From a virus (Duplodnaviria > Heunggongvirae > Uroviricota > Caudoviricetes), in the IMG/VR virus record IMGVR_UViG_2563366985_000003: a DNA stretch of 48,122 nucleotides. The stretch is one strand, 5' to 3'. Numbering within the stretch: the stretch's first letter is position 1; every line of letters begins with the position of its first letter. Under the pieces are notes generated by a model, which saw only the letters and a list, made by a program, of their open reading frames with translations, was not told where the DNA came from and made no database searches. Shown here piece after piece: positions 11,330-19,914 of this stretch. Both the position numbers and the translations under genes were made by a program.

Positions 11330-11977
11330 TCAGCGACCAATCACCACAACCTGACCACCATCCCCTTCGTCTGCCGTGCTGATCTCCTGAGAGACCACCC
11401 GCGACCCCACGCGCATTTCACCGTACAGAACGGGCAGAACATTGCCCTGGGCAACCATGTTATCCAGTGAGGAGAAATAGGTGTTCTGTTTGCCGTTATC
11501 TGTACTTGCTGCCGTGGGCGTCCTGGCTTTCGGTGCCAGCATCTGCGCCACTCCGCCCAGGATCATACTGGCCCCTGCCGCATACATACCCGATACAGCC
11601 GCGGCTCCCAGCCAGCCCACAGGGTTCCACCATGCCACCGCAATCAGCGCCGCCCCCAGCACCACCTGAAACACACCGCCACTTTTAGCTCCCGCCAGAC
11701 GCGGCACGATGTGGATCACGGCACCATTTGCCAGCGGCTCATTAAGACGGGCAGACAATTCGGTTTCACCGGCATCACGCCCGGCAATGCGTACCTGGTA
11801 CCAGCCGTCGCTCAGTTTCTGACGAAACGCCGGGATCTGCATGGCCAGCGCCCGGATGGCTTCGGACCCCGTTTTCACTCGAAGGTCGATGCGGCGGCCA
11901 AATCGTTGTAAATCCCCGTAAAGGCAGATGCGTGCCATGCCCGGTGACGCCAGAGGGAGTGTGTGCGTCGCTGCCAT
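11330..11977 (-). CDS. I: Tail assembly protein I
   Basis: MAATHTLPLASPGMARICLYGDLQRFGRRIDLRVKTG... matches remembered lambda I. Confidence 0.9.
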   Translation of the reverse strand: MAATHTLPLASPGMARICLYGDLQRFGRRIDLRVKTGSEAIRALAMQIPAFRQKLSDGWYQVRIAGRDAGETELSARLNEPLANGAVIHIVPRLAGAKSGGVFQVVLGAALIAVAWWNPVGWLGAAAVSGMYAAGASMILGGVAQMLAPKARTPTAASTDNGKQNTYFSSLDNMVAQGNVLPVLYGEMRVGSRVVSQEISTADEGDGGQVVVIGR

Positions 11978-12618
11978 TTGTCGGTGTACCTCTCTCGTTT
12001 GCTCAGTTGTTCAGGAATATGGTGCAGCAGCTCGCTGTCACCACAGTAAATGGCGGCATGATTCGGCACCGATGAACCAAAACAGCACAGCAGCACATCG
12101 CCCGGCTGCGCCGCTGACAACGGCACCTGATACAGCCCTGTGGCCTCCAGATTATCCAGATAGAGATTCTGACCGTTACGCCACCAGTCATCCCCGCGAT
12201 GAAAATCCGGCATCTCAATCCCCGCCAGATGATAAGCATCCCGGAACAGCGTGTAACAGTCCGTCACCCCGTGCTCAAAGCGACGCCCGGTAAGATGTGG
12301 CACACAGCGGAACTTGTGAATCGCCCCCCGGCAGACCAGCCACCACGGCAAATCACTCTGCACCTGCAGCCGCCGGTCGGTCTCACTCAGCCAGGGCATA
12401 CCACCGGGGTGGCTGTGGACCAGCGCCACAATCTCACCCTGCATCTCTGCCCGCAGCCAGTCCTCCGGCGACATCCGGAAATACTCCTCCGGCTCACCGG
12501 AGATATTCACGCAGGGAAAATATCTTTCCCCCTCCGGTGTTCTCACCACGAAGCCGCACGACTCCGCTGGCGCACATCGCCGGGCGTGCGCCAGAATCGC
12601 TGATTCTGTCTCTGTCAT
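11875..12618 (-). CDS. K: Tail assembly protein K
   Basis: MTETESAILAHARRCAPAESCGFVV... matches remembered lambda K; overlaps I as in lambda. Confidence 0.9.
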   Translation of the reverse strand: MTETESAILAHARRCAPAESCGFVVRTPEGERYFPCVNISGEPEEYFRMSPEDWLRAEMQGEIVALVHSHPGGMPWLSETDRRLQVQSDLPWWLVCRGAIHKFRCVPHLTGRRFEHGVTDCYTLFRDAYHLAGIEMPDFHRGDDWWRNGQNLYLDNLEATGLYQVPLSAAQPGDVLLCCFGSSVPNHAAIYCGDSELLHHIPEQLSKRERYTDKWQRRTHSLWRHRAWHASAFTGIYNDLAAASTFE

Positions 12619-12623
12619 GGGAT

Positions 12624-13322
12624 TCACTGCGAAAGTTTGTTAATGGAAAGGAAGCCGCCAAAGTTGCCGACGTTATTGCGAAACTTACAACCACTCAGGC
12701 ATTTGCTGCATTTATCCTTCGTGATATCGGACGTCGGCTGGTCATATTCATCCGCGACCGCCGGACCGTGATAACCGCACTCATCACCGCGATAGGTCCA
12801 GGTGCAGGTATTAGCCAGCATGATGCGCCCCGGAAAAACAGCACCGTCCGTTTCCGTCGGCGTGGACAGTACAAAAGAGGCACTGACCGCGCTCAGTTCG
12901 CTGCACTGCTCGATGCGCCAGCGGCTGATCACCTCCTGCTCCGGATCGGCGTCACTGTTTCCGTTGACGAAGTTCACCGCATCCAGAAAACGGGCGTAAA
13001 CCTTACGCCTGACCACCGTTCCGCCGACCAGACTCTGCAGGTCTTCCGCCATCCCGGTGACCATTCCGTGCAGGTTAGAAACCGTCAGTGTCGGACGGGC
13101 AGCACTGCCCTTGCCGTTCAGTTCAAATCCCGTCCCCTGAATGGGGTATGCCTGATACTGCCGCCCCTGCCAGGTAACCGGCTCACCTTTTTCGTTCTGC
13201 TCATTACAGAAAAAATAACGTTCACCACCGACCTCTGTCAGATCGATTTCCCAGAGCACCACCTGGGCTGACTGAGTGAGGCGTGTCGTCTCATGATGTG
13301 TTTCCTGTGGAATATCCTGCAT
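12624..13322 (-). CDS. L: Tail tip protein L
   Basis: 232-aa ORF in lambda L position with conserved Cys-rich C-terminus. Confidence 0.9.
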   Translation of the reverse strand: MQDIPQETHHETTRLTQSAQVVLWEIDLTEVGGERYFFCNEQNEKGEPVTWQGRQYQAYPIQGTGFELNGKGSAARPTLTVSNLHGMVTGMAEDLQSLVGGTVVRRKVYARFLDAVNFVNGNSDADPEQEVISRWRIEQCSELSAVSASFVLSTPTETDGAVFPGRIMLANTCTWTYRGDECGYHGPAVADEYDQPTSDITKDKCSKCLSGCKFRNNVGNFGGFLSINKLSQ

Positions 13323-13331
13323 CAGAGCCTC

Positions 13332-13661
13332 CTATGCCACGACCTGTTCAAAATCTGCCGTTATGGTTACCCACAGCGCCCCCACGCTTGCCGACCATTT
13401 ACGACAAACCACCCTGATCGGTTTCCAGTCATAAGGTGGCGTCCACTGAAATGCACGGACGCCACCGTGCCGTTCCAGAAAGGCTTTTAAAGATGGGTGT
13501 TCACATTTACGAACACGTATCGTCACGCTGTAAGTCGACAACTGGTTATTCAGTCCCGCCGCACGACGCTGTTCATAACCATCGCCCAGCTTCACTGTCA
13601 CCACTTTCGGCTCTGATACCACATTCATATCCGGGCGCACTTTCCAGTGAAACGTCTCCAT
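13332..13661 (-). CDS. M: Minor tail protein M
   Basis: 109-aa ORF in lambda M position between H and L. Confidence 0.9.
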   Translation of the reverse strand: METFHWKVRPDMNVVSEPKVVTVKLGDGYEQRRAAGLNNQLSTYSVTIRVRKCEHPSLKAFLERHGGVRAFQWTPPYDWKPIRVVCRKWSASVGALWVTITADFEQVVA

Positions 13662-16600
13662 TACCGATATGCTCCACTTAACCGACCACCATCACGGGCC
13701 TGCTGTTGCATAAAGTCCGCTGCCGCTTTTTTCCCGAGGTCATAAACCGCCTTCAGGGCAGCCGGACCTATCTGCCCGTTCGTGCCATCGTTATTGATCT
13801 CGATGTTGTACTGCGGGGAAAACATCGCCATACCTGAACCCCCAATATCCGCCACAACCCCCAGCTTACCGTCAGCACCACGACGCAATGGCAGAATGGC
13901 TTCAGGTCCCGCTTCCCCCATCACACCCGCGCCTTTTGCAAAAGCAAAAAACGTCGGACGGTTAACCACCGTGCCACTGTAACGACTCAAATCAGCAGAC
14001 TGATAAATCCCCCCATTGGCATTCAGGGAAAGGCTGCTGAGATCAAATCCCAGTACACTGCCAATCCCTTTTATCGATTTCATCATGGTTGCCTGCGCCA
14101 GGATTTTCGCCATATCTGACAGCACAGAAGAGGTGAAGGATTTGAAATTGAGTTTGCCGGTAGTGACAAAAGTTGCCAGGCCATTTCCCATGTTGCTGAA
14201 GGCTGACGAGAACACCTGTTCTGCTGTTTCTGCCGTATTATCTGCATCCACGGTAAAATCCTGAAATGCACGCAGGACTCCGTTTTTCCAGTTACCCTGC
14301 ACAACTTCAAGCTGTTGCCAGTAACGGCGATTCTCATTCAGTTGTCGGTTCAGGCTCTCCGTCAGCGCCTGCTCGGCCTTTCTGTAGTCATCCGTGTTAT
14401 ATGTCCCTTTCTGCTCACTATCCCGCCTCAACTGCTCCAGCTGTTGCTGGTATTTCTGGCGAAGACTCAGTTGTACCTGATATCGCTGTCGCTGCTGATC
14501 ACCCATACCCACCGTGGCGATATCCAGGTCATGTTGCTGACGCTGAGCGCGCTCTTCTTCAGCCAGTTGACTGGTCAGCTGAATTGTTTTTTTCTTCAGC
14601 TCGTTGAGTGCCGTCTGTTTCTGAAGCTCCTGCTGTTTTACATCCAGCAGCGTCAGTGCCTGAATCAGTTCATCTTTACGGGCCAGCACACTCTTTTCAT
14701 CTGCCGTCAGTTTTTTCCCGTCCAGGTCGCTGATGCGCTGCTGCAGAGCCAGGAGCTGTTTATGCGCTTCTGTCATCCTTTCCGTGGCAATGCCTGCTGA
14801 CTGTCTGGCAGCAGCAATCTGTCCTTCCACCTGTGCCTGTTGCTGACTGTACTGCAGCAATAACCGGGTGGCCTCATCATTACGGGTTTCGCGTGTTTTT
14901 TTCTTACCGGATGCCAGGGCTTTCTCGTAACGTTCATTTTCACGTTGTATCGCCGCATCCCTGACAGCCTGATCGGCGTACTGCATGGCATTAATACGCG
15001 CAATTTCACGCTGATGTCGTGCAGCTTCCGTTTCATTCATCCGGTTCAGTGCAGCATTTTCAGCATTACGGCGTTTCTGTTGCTCCTGATAATTCCGCTC
15101 TGCCTGCTCTTTTGCATCCTGCAAATCCTTCTGGCGTTTTTTCTCCTGAAGATCGTTAAGACGCTGCTGATCGTATTCAACCTGAGAAGATGATGCCGTC
15201 CAGGGGAGTCTTTTCGCCCGCGACACTTTCTCCTGCAAAGTGGCAATCTGCGCATCCAGCGAATCTTCACGACCAATATTCATGGCCGCATCCCAGAACT
15301 GCTTCCACCAGTCAGACAAAGTTTGCAGCGTACTGCCCAGCGCATTGAGGTTATTATCAATATCCGCAGTACGCCGACCGGTTTCCTCTGCCAGTGCAGA
15401 CATGGCTATCCGTGCCGCATCACTGGACCGCCCCTGCTCTCCAAGGACGCGTATCTGCTCAAGCTGAGTGGCAGTAAGAAAATGCAGCTCATTGTCCAGA
15501 GACTTCGCGGCATTTACAGGATCATCCTTCAGCCGCTTAAACTGATTTATGGTATCGCTGACCGACTGGCCAACCGATCGCTCCATCTGTGCGGCAGCTC
15601 TCGCCACCATACCGATATCGTTTCCACGAAATGCACCACTCCCCACCACCTGAGCCAGCGCACCGGCTGCAGCATGTTGCGTGATACCATTCCCGGAAAT
15701 AGCACGACTGAGCGTCCACAGCTGCCCGGCAGTGACTCCGGCATAATGCCCCGTCAGCGACAGCTGGCTGTTAAATTCTTCCCCCTCCTTCTGACCGTCA
15801 TACCAGGCTTTACCCAGACCATAGACGGCCGCGGTAATACCGCCAATAACCCCGCCCAGCATCATGCCTTTCGGTGACATCAGTGTGTCTATCCATCCGG
15901 CACGGTTAGCCAGCGTTATCCCGGATCCCCTCAGCGCCCCTAAATTGCCGCGGGCCAGTTCACCTATCAGAACGCCTATCTCCTGGCGGGCCGCTGCACT
16001 TTTCAGACCCAGCGAATGCGTGGCTTTTCCTGCCCGCTCCATTTTGCGGATATACACTTCTGCAGCACTGCTTACCCCCAGCTGGGCAGCCCTGGCACGA
16101 AGCAACTCAGAAGAAGAAAGATTCTGGCGGGTTGCCTGCTCTTTAAGCTGACGGATAAACGCCACTTTCTGTCGGGTAGCCTCTGCCTCAGCCTGCGTAA
16201 GAACACGGGTTTTCGCCGTAACCTCAGAAATCAGCGCCAGATAATCCTGCTGACCAATCCCGCCACTGTTTCTGGCCTGTCGGATCTGCTGCTGAATACG
16301 CTGTAATTCCTGCAGCCCCGCACTGGCCTGTTTCACACTGTCAATCTGACGATAAAACGCAGCAGCCGCTTTATCCTGAGCCTCCGCCAGAGCGATGGCC
16401 TGCGCCTGTTCCTCGCGCATTTTCTGGCTCAGTGCCTCCATGCGCTGGCGGGTTTTCTCCACCTCGCGGGCCATGCGTTCATGAGCCTGTGCGTTCTTCT
16501 CCACCGTCTGCGCATGGACGGATGCGGCTGTTGCAGCCGAAGAAGCTGCCTGCGTTGTCTGCCGGGCGGCCTGAGTCTGACGCTCCATAAAACGCTGCAT

Positions 16601-16726
16601 ACGGGCAGAAGACCGTTCTGCATCGCTGGCTGCACCATTCAGAAGGTTTTTGATACGGGGAATTTCATTTTTAAACTCTGCCGCATCAATCCCCAAATCA
16701 ATGACCAGGTTGGCTATCTGGTCCAT
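13661..16726 (-). CDS. H: Tail tape measure protein H
   Basis: About 1020 aa, coiled-coil rich; C-terminus NNDGTNGQIGPAALKAVYD...DGG matches remembered lambda H; start taken at internal Met 16726. Confidence 0.9.
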   Translation of the reverse strand: MDQIANLVIDLGIDAAEFKNEIPRIKNLLNGAASDAERSSARMQRFMERQTQAARQTTQAASSAATAASVHAQTVEKNAQAHERMAREVEKTRQRMEALSQKMREEQAQAIALAEAQDKAAAAFYRQIDSVKQASAGLQELQRIQQQIRQARNSGGIGQQDYLALISEVTAKTRVLTQAEAEATRQKVAFIRQLKEQATRQNLSSSELLRARAAQLGVSSAAEVYIRKMERAGKATHSLGLKSAAARQEIGVLIGELARGNLGALRGSGITLANRAGWIDTLMSPKGMMLGGVIGGITAAVYGLGKAWYDGQKEGEEFNSQLSLTGHYAGVTAGQLWTLSRAISGNGITQHAAAGALAQVVGSGAFRGNDIGMVARAAAQMERSVGQSVSDTINQFKRLKDDPVNAAKSLDNELHFLTATQLEQIRVLGEQGRSSDAARIAMSALAEETGRRTADIDNNLNALGSTLQTLSDWWKQFWDAAMNIGREDSLDAQIATLQEKVSRAKRLPWTASSSQVEYDQQRLNDLQEKKRQKDLQDAKEQAERNYQEQQKRRNAENAALNRMNETEAARHQREIARINAMQYADQAVRDAAIQRENERYEKALASGKKKTRETRNDEATRLLLQYSQQQAQVEGQIAAARQSAGIATERMTEAHKQLLALQQRISDLDGKKLTADEKSVLARKDELIQALTLLDVKQQELQKQTALNELKKKTIQLTSQLAEEERAQRQQHDLDIATVGMGDQQRQRYQVQLSLRQKYQQQLEQLRRDSEQKGTYNTDDYRKAEQALTESLNRQLNENRRYWQQLEVVQGNWKNGVLRAFQDFTVDADNTAETAEQVFSSAFSNMGNGLATFVTTGKLNFKSFTSSVLSDMAKILAQATMMKSIKGIGSVLGFDLSSLSLNANGGIYQSADLSRYSGTVVNRPTFFAFAKGAGVMGEAGPEAILPLRRGADGKLGVVADIGGSGMAMFSPQYNIEINNDGTNGQIGPAALKAVYDLGKKAAADFMQQQARDGGRLSGAYR

Positions 16727-17027
16727 AACGCACACCTCCGGAAATACCTTCCCCAAGATGCATCAGTTCTTCGTCCGTTCGCTCCGGTATCCCGTTCTCT
16801 TCCGGTAAAAGGCTGAAATCAGCCACCGCAGCATCACTGCTGCCGGACACCATTCTCACGATCAATGCCTTCAGCGAGGCAAACTGCGCATCCATCCACA
16901 CATCACTGAAGCTCTGCATCCGGAAATAATCGCCCCACTCACCAAGCTCAGTGGCCGACATTTCCGACAGCATCCGCCGCCAGTCTGCCCGCCGGAACTC
17001 CCGGGCAAGCCGCATGACAAACTGCAT
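16698..17027 (-). CDS. T: T portion of tail assembly chaperone G-T (expressed by -1 frameshift from G)
   Basis: ORF in the -1 frame relative to G, overlapping G's 3' end. Confidence 0.75.
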   Translation of the reverse strand: MQFVMRLAREFRRADWRRMLSEMSATELGEWGDYFRMQSFSDVWMDAQFASLKALIVRMVSGSSDAAVADFSLLPEENGIPERTDEELMHLGEGISGGVRYGPDSQPGH

Positions 17028-17035
17028 TTCCCGCG

Positions 17036-17422
17036 TCAGGACTTTTCCGGCGTCAGCGCCTCATGCTCATCATCCACGGCATTATCAATGGCCCCCATAC
17101 CGCTCAGCGACAGAACCATCTCCGCCCCCGCACCCAGGGCATCATACGACCATGTTGTAATAACGGATGCGCAAAGCGTCTCTACATCCTTAGACTGATC
17201 CGCATTCCACAGTGAGCGGGAAACCAGCCAGGCATTGATATCCATCCCCATCCGCAGAAAAGCAATCTGTCGTTCAGCCTCCGGCAGTTCTCCCTCCACG
17301 GCATCAAACTTTGCCGTTCGCTGCTGAACAAACGTCAGATATTCAATTCTCTGCAGCCCGGACAGCTCACTGAGCACCACGGACTGTTTTTCATAATTAA
17401 ACGTGTCCTGTTTCAGAAACAT
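17036..17422 (-). CDS. G: Tail assembly chaperone G
   Basis: Starts MFLKQDTFNYEK (lambda G starts MFLKTESFEH...), in lambda position between V and T/H. Confidence 0.85.
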   Translation of the reverse strand: MFLKQDTFNYEKQSVVLSELSGLQRIEYLTFVQQRTAKFDAVEGELPEAERQIAFLRMGMDINAWLVSRSLWNADQSKDVETLCASVITTWSYDALGAGAEMVLSLSGMGAIDNAVDDEHEALTPEKS

Positions 17423-17444
17423 CATGTTCTCCACCTGCAAAAAA

Positions 17445-17472
17445 GCCCCGCATAACCGGGGCAAATGATGAG
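17445..17472 (-). terminator. Putative intrinsic terminator downstream of V
   Basis: GCCCCG/CGGGGC hairpin followed by TTTTTTG on the minus-strand transcript. Confidence 0.45.
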
Positions 17473-17482
17473 TATCGTCCTG

Positions 17483-18226
17483 TTAACCTGCTGCGCTGAC
17501 AGTCACCGCAGTCACAGCCACAAAATTCCCGTCAGCGGTCATGCCCACAATGCTGACACTGCCCTGCTTCACGCCTTTTACCGTGGCCACAAGTCCGTTC
17601 AGGGTAACCGTGGCAGTCTGTGGATCTGACGAATGCACACTGATCGCTTTGTCACTGGCTCCGTCAGGTTTTACTGTAAAGGTCAGCGTGGTGGTTGCTC
17701 CCACTTTTACACTGGCAGACGCCGGTGATACTGTCAGCCCGGTAACGCTCACGGTTTCAGTGCCTTCCTCTGCCAGATACGGACGCCCCACACCGCTGAT
17801 TTTCACAGTGCGGGTCATCACGTCTTTTGAGGCAATGGTTTTACCCAGTGAGCTCAGCCAGCCACGGAAAACATCAACAGTGCCGTTGGGATATTTGATA
17901 CGAAACGCGCAGACTTCACCGGAGTCGAACAACTGAACCAGTTTTTTCTGCCCGCTGTCACCCGGACGCCAGGCCAGCGTCGCCGAAGTATCACCAACGG
18001 ATTTCTGCCCCTGGGTTGTCGTTTTCCAGTCTGCATCTTCATCATCGAGATAAGTGTCATCTTCTGCATCAGCGGTCATTTCGCCAGGTTGCAGATCCTT
18101 CACCATCGCAAGACGCAGCCAGTCAGTGTCCGACAAAGGGTTCGCAAACGCATCGCCGTTGCCGGTATACATCCAGAACGTCGTCCCCGCACCTTTCGTC
18201 TTTGCCAGTGGATTTGGTGTGGTCAT
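17483..18226 (-). CDS. V: Major tail protein V with C-terminal Ig-like domain
   Basis: From MTTPNPLAKTKGAGTTFW..., parallel to remembered lambda V; strong SD (AAGGAGGTGG) before this Met. Confidence 0.9.
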   Translation of the reverse strand: MTTPNPLAKTKGAGTTFWMYTGNGDAFANPLSDTDWLRLAMVKDLQPGEMTADAEDDTYLDDEDADWKTTTQGQKSVGDTSATLAWRPGDSGQKKLVQLFDSGEVCAFRIKYPNGTVDVFRGWLSSLGKTIASKDVMTRTVKISGVGRPYLAEEGTETVSVTGLTVSPASASVKVGATTTLTFTVKPDGASDKAISVHSSDPQTATVTLNGLVATVKGVKQGSVSIVGMTADGNFVAVTAVTVSAAG

Positions 18227-18236
18227 TACCACCTCC

Positions 18237-18638
18237 TTAATTCGTGTACGTGATCTGGTACGTGATTTCCGCCATCGCCCAGGTGGCCATCTCATTATCA
18301 CGTTGATAGTTAAAACCGAGTGGGTTCAGGGTGTCGATGAGTCCGGAAAGTGCCGGTACATCATTCAGGGCCGGGAAAATGGTGCTCTCCATCCACATAT
18401 CCAGCTCTGAATCCGGTGCCTGTGCCCGGATGAAGACGGCAATATGCAGAACAGCCTGCCAGTCATCTTCATCCGTCATTTTTCCGGTGTACTGAGCATC
18501 ACTCAGCCACACCGCCACGGCAGGCAGTTCCTGCGCATCAATAAATGCCGGAAGCCCGTCAAAAAACGTGGCGCTGTCTCCACACTGTTCCCGAAGGCGT
18601 GCCAGTACGACCTGGCGGATTTGTGTATGTCGGTTCAT
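18237..18638 (-). CDS. U: Tail terminator protein U
   Basis: ...GDSATFFDG...PAVAVWL...ELHIAVF..PDSELD.WMES.I.P motifs as in lambda U. Confidence 0.85.
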   Translation of the reverse strand: MNRHTQIRQVVLARLREQCGDSATFFDGLPAFIDAQELPAVAVWLSDAQYTGKMTDEDDWQAVLHIAVFIRAQAPDSELDMWMESTIFPALNDVPALSGLIDTLNPLGFNYQRDNEMATWAMAEITYQITYTN

Positions 18639-19225
18639 CGGGTCAGCCATAACCTCAGTTGTTGTTTCAGTGCATACCCCAGCTGTTTCGGCATTTCCGC
18701 AGCAATGATGTGGTCGCGGGCATCTTCAAATGCCTGTGTCAGCGGTCCGGACAGCGGGATTTTCACTACCTCCACAGGAAGACGATTTTTTCTTGGCCTG
18801 CCCTGATGGTCATGCCCTGTTGCAAAACGCGCTTCAGGAAGACGCCTCAGAACATGCCAGCGGCCATTCGCCAGTTGCTGAACAAATGCCCCCCGGAAAA
18901 AGTATTTTCCCACTCTCAGTCCTTCACCAGCACGCCGCCGTGTTGTGTTCAGTTTGATGGCGGGCAGATTGCCCCGGTTAACGCGGATCCTGGCCGTCAT
19001 TTTTCCTGACGGACTGGCTTTAAACACCCGGACACGCTGACGTACCAGTTTCAGGGGGATCCCTTTCACCTGGTTATCTCCCGCAACGGTATTCCCGGCA
19101 ACCTGCCGGGTGGCAACCGAGACCGCTTTCTGTGCCACACGGTTTATCGCCCATGCGCTGGCCTGTGGCACCATACGGGTATCAAGGCTGTTCAGATTGC
19201 GGATGGCATTCTCAAGCCCCTTCAT
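18635..19225 (-). CDS. Z: Tail completion protein Z
   Basis: 196 aa; ...NGRWHVLRRL...VVKIPLSGPLT...LGYALKQQLR parallels lambda Z. Confidence 0.85.
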   Translation of the reverse strand: MKGLENAIRNLNSLDTRMVPQASAWAINRVAQKAVSVATRQVAGNTVAGDNQVKGIPLKLVRQRVRVFKASPSGKMTARIRVNRGNLPAIKLNTTRRRAGEGLRVGKYFFRGAFVQQLANGRWHVLRRLPEARFATGHDHQGRPRKNRLPVEVVKIPLSGPLTQAFEDARDHIIAAEMPKQLGYALKQQLRLWLTR

Positions 19226-19236
19226 CCCACACCTCT

Positions 19237-19512
19237 TTACTCAATAAAGATCATTGGCTTACCGTTAAAGCGTTCATGCCGTGTGACCGTCCATTGTTGT
19301 CCGTCATAAACAACGCGATCCCCGCGCCGTGGGCGGTATCCCGAAGAAAACACCACCAGAGAGACCGCAGGTCCGGACAGAGCATTCAGCTCTGCCAGTG
19401 TTTCTCCCGGGATCACAGTCATATCGACATCATTAATCGAGGCTGTCTTTCCCATCTTTCTGACCGTGATCGCATCCATACGCGCTGCCAGCCGGGAAAA
19501 GGGATCAGACAT
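19237..19512 (-). CDS. Head-tail connector protein (FII position)
   Basis: 91-aa ORF between head genes and Z; assigned by position only. Confidence 0.45.
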   Translation of the reverse strand: MSDPFSRLAARMDAITVRKMGKTASINDVDMTVIPGETLAELNALSGPAVSLVVFSSGYRPRRGDRVVYDGQQWTVTRHERFNGKPMIFIE

Positions 19513-19828
19513 TGAGTTTTACCGGCACTTCTTCTGCACTGGTTCCGGCATCTGCCCAGACAACCCCGACCAGCGGATCAGAGCCGCTGTTAGTCAGCTG
19601 AACTTTTCCGGACTTCAGATAAACCTTCTTACCCGTTTTCATGTCATCCGTTTTCAGCTTAGGCAGCATAAACACACCTTCGGTCATGCCGTCGCCTGTT
19701 TCACCCTGTGGAATATCGGTCAGCGCCACCGCAAAAACATCACCCACCTGCACCAGCTCTCCGCTGCTGATGGCTGCACTGGCAACAATCGCCACCGTTT
19801 TTCCTTCTTCTACAAAATTCTTTGCCAT
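19505..19828 (-). CDS. Small head-region protein (decoration/stabilisation or connector candidate)
   Basis: About 107-aa ORF immediately after the capsid gene; family not recognised. Confidence 0.4.
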   Translation of the reverse strand: MAKNFVEEGKTVAIVASAAISSGELVQVGDVFAVALTDIPQGETGDGMTEGVFMLPKLKTDDMKTGKKVYLKSGKVQLTNSGSDPLVGVVWADAGTSAEEVPVKLNV

Positions 19829-19867
19829 AACTGTCTCCGCACAGCCCCGTTCAGGGGCTGATTTCAG

Positions 19868-19893
19868 GTACAAAAAAAGCCCTTACGGGCCAT
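19868..19893 (-). terminator. Putative intrinsic terminator after the capsid gene
   Basis: GGCCCGTAAGGGC hairpin plus TTTTTTTG on the minus-strand transcript. Confidence 0.45.
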
Positions 19894-19914
19894 CAGAGTT
19901 GTTGTCTGCGACGT

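Noticed and set aside
12297-13271. 324-aa plus-strand ORF
   Set aside because: Antisense to tail genes K and L, which match lambda proteins; composition is Ala/Pro/Arg-rich noise.
14315-15877. Several 80-180-aa ORFs on both strands
   Set aside because: All fall inside the tape measure gene H in other frames or antisense; H is supported by its conserved C-terminus.
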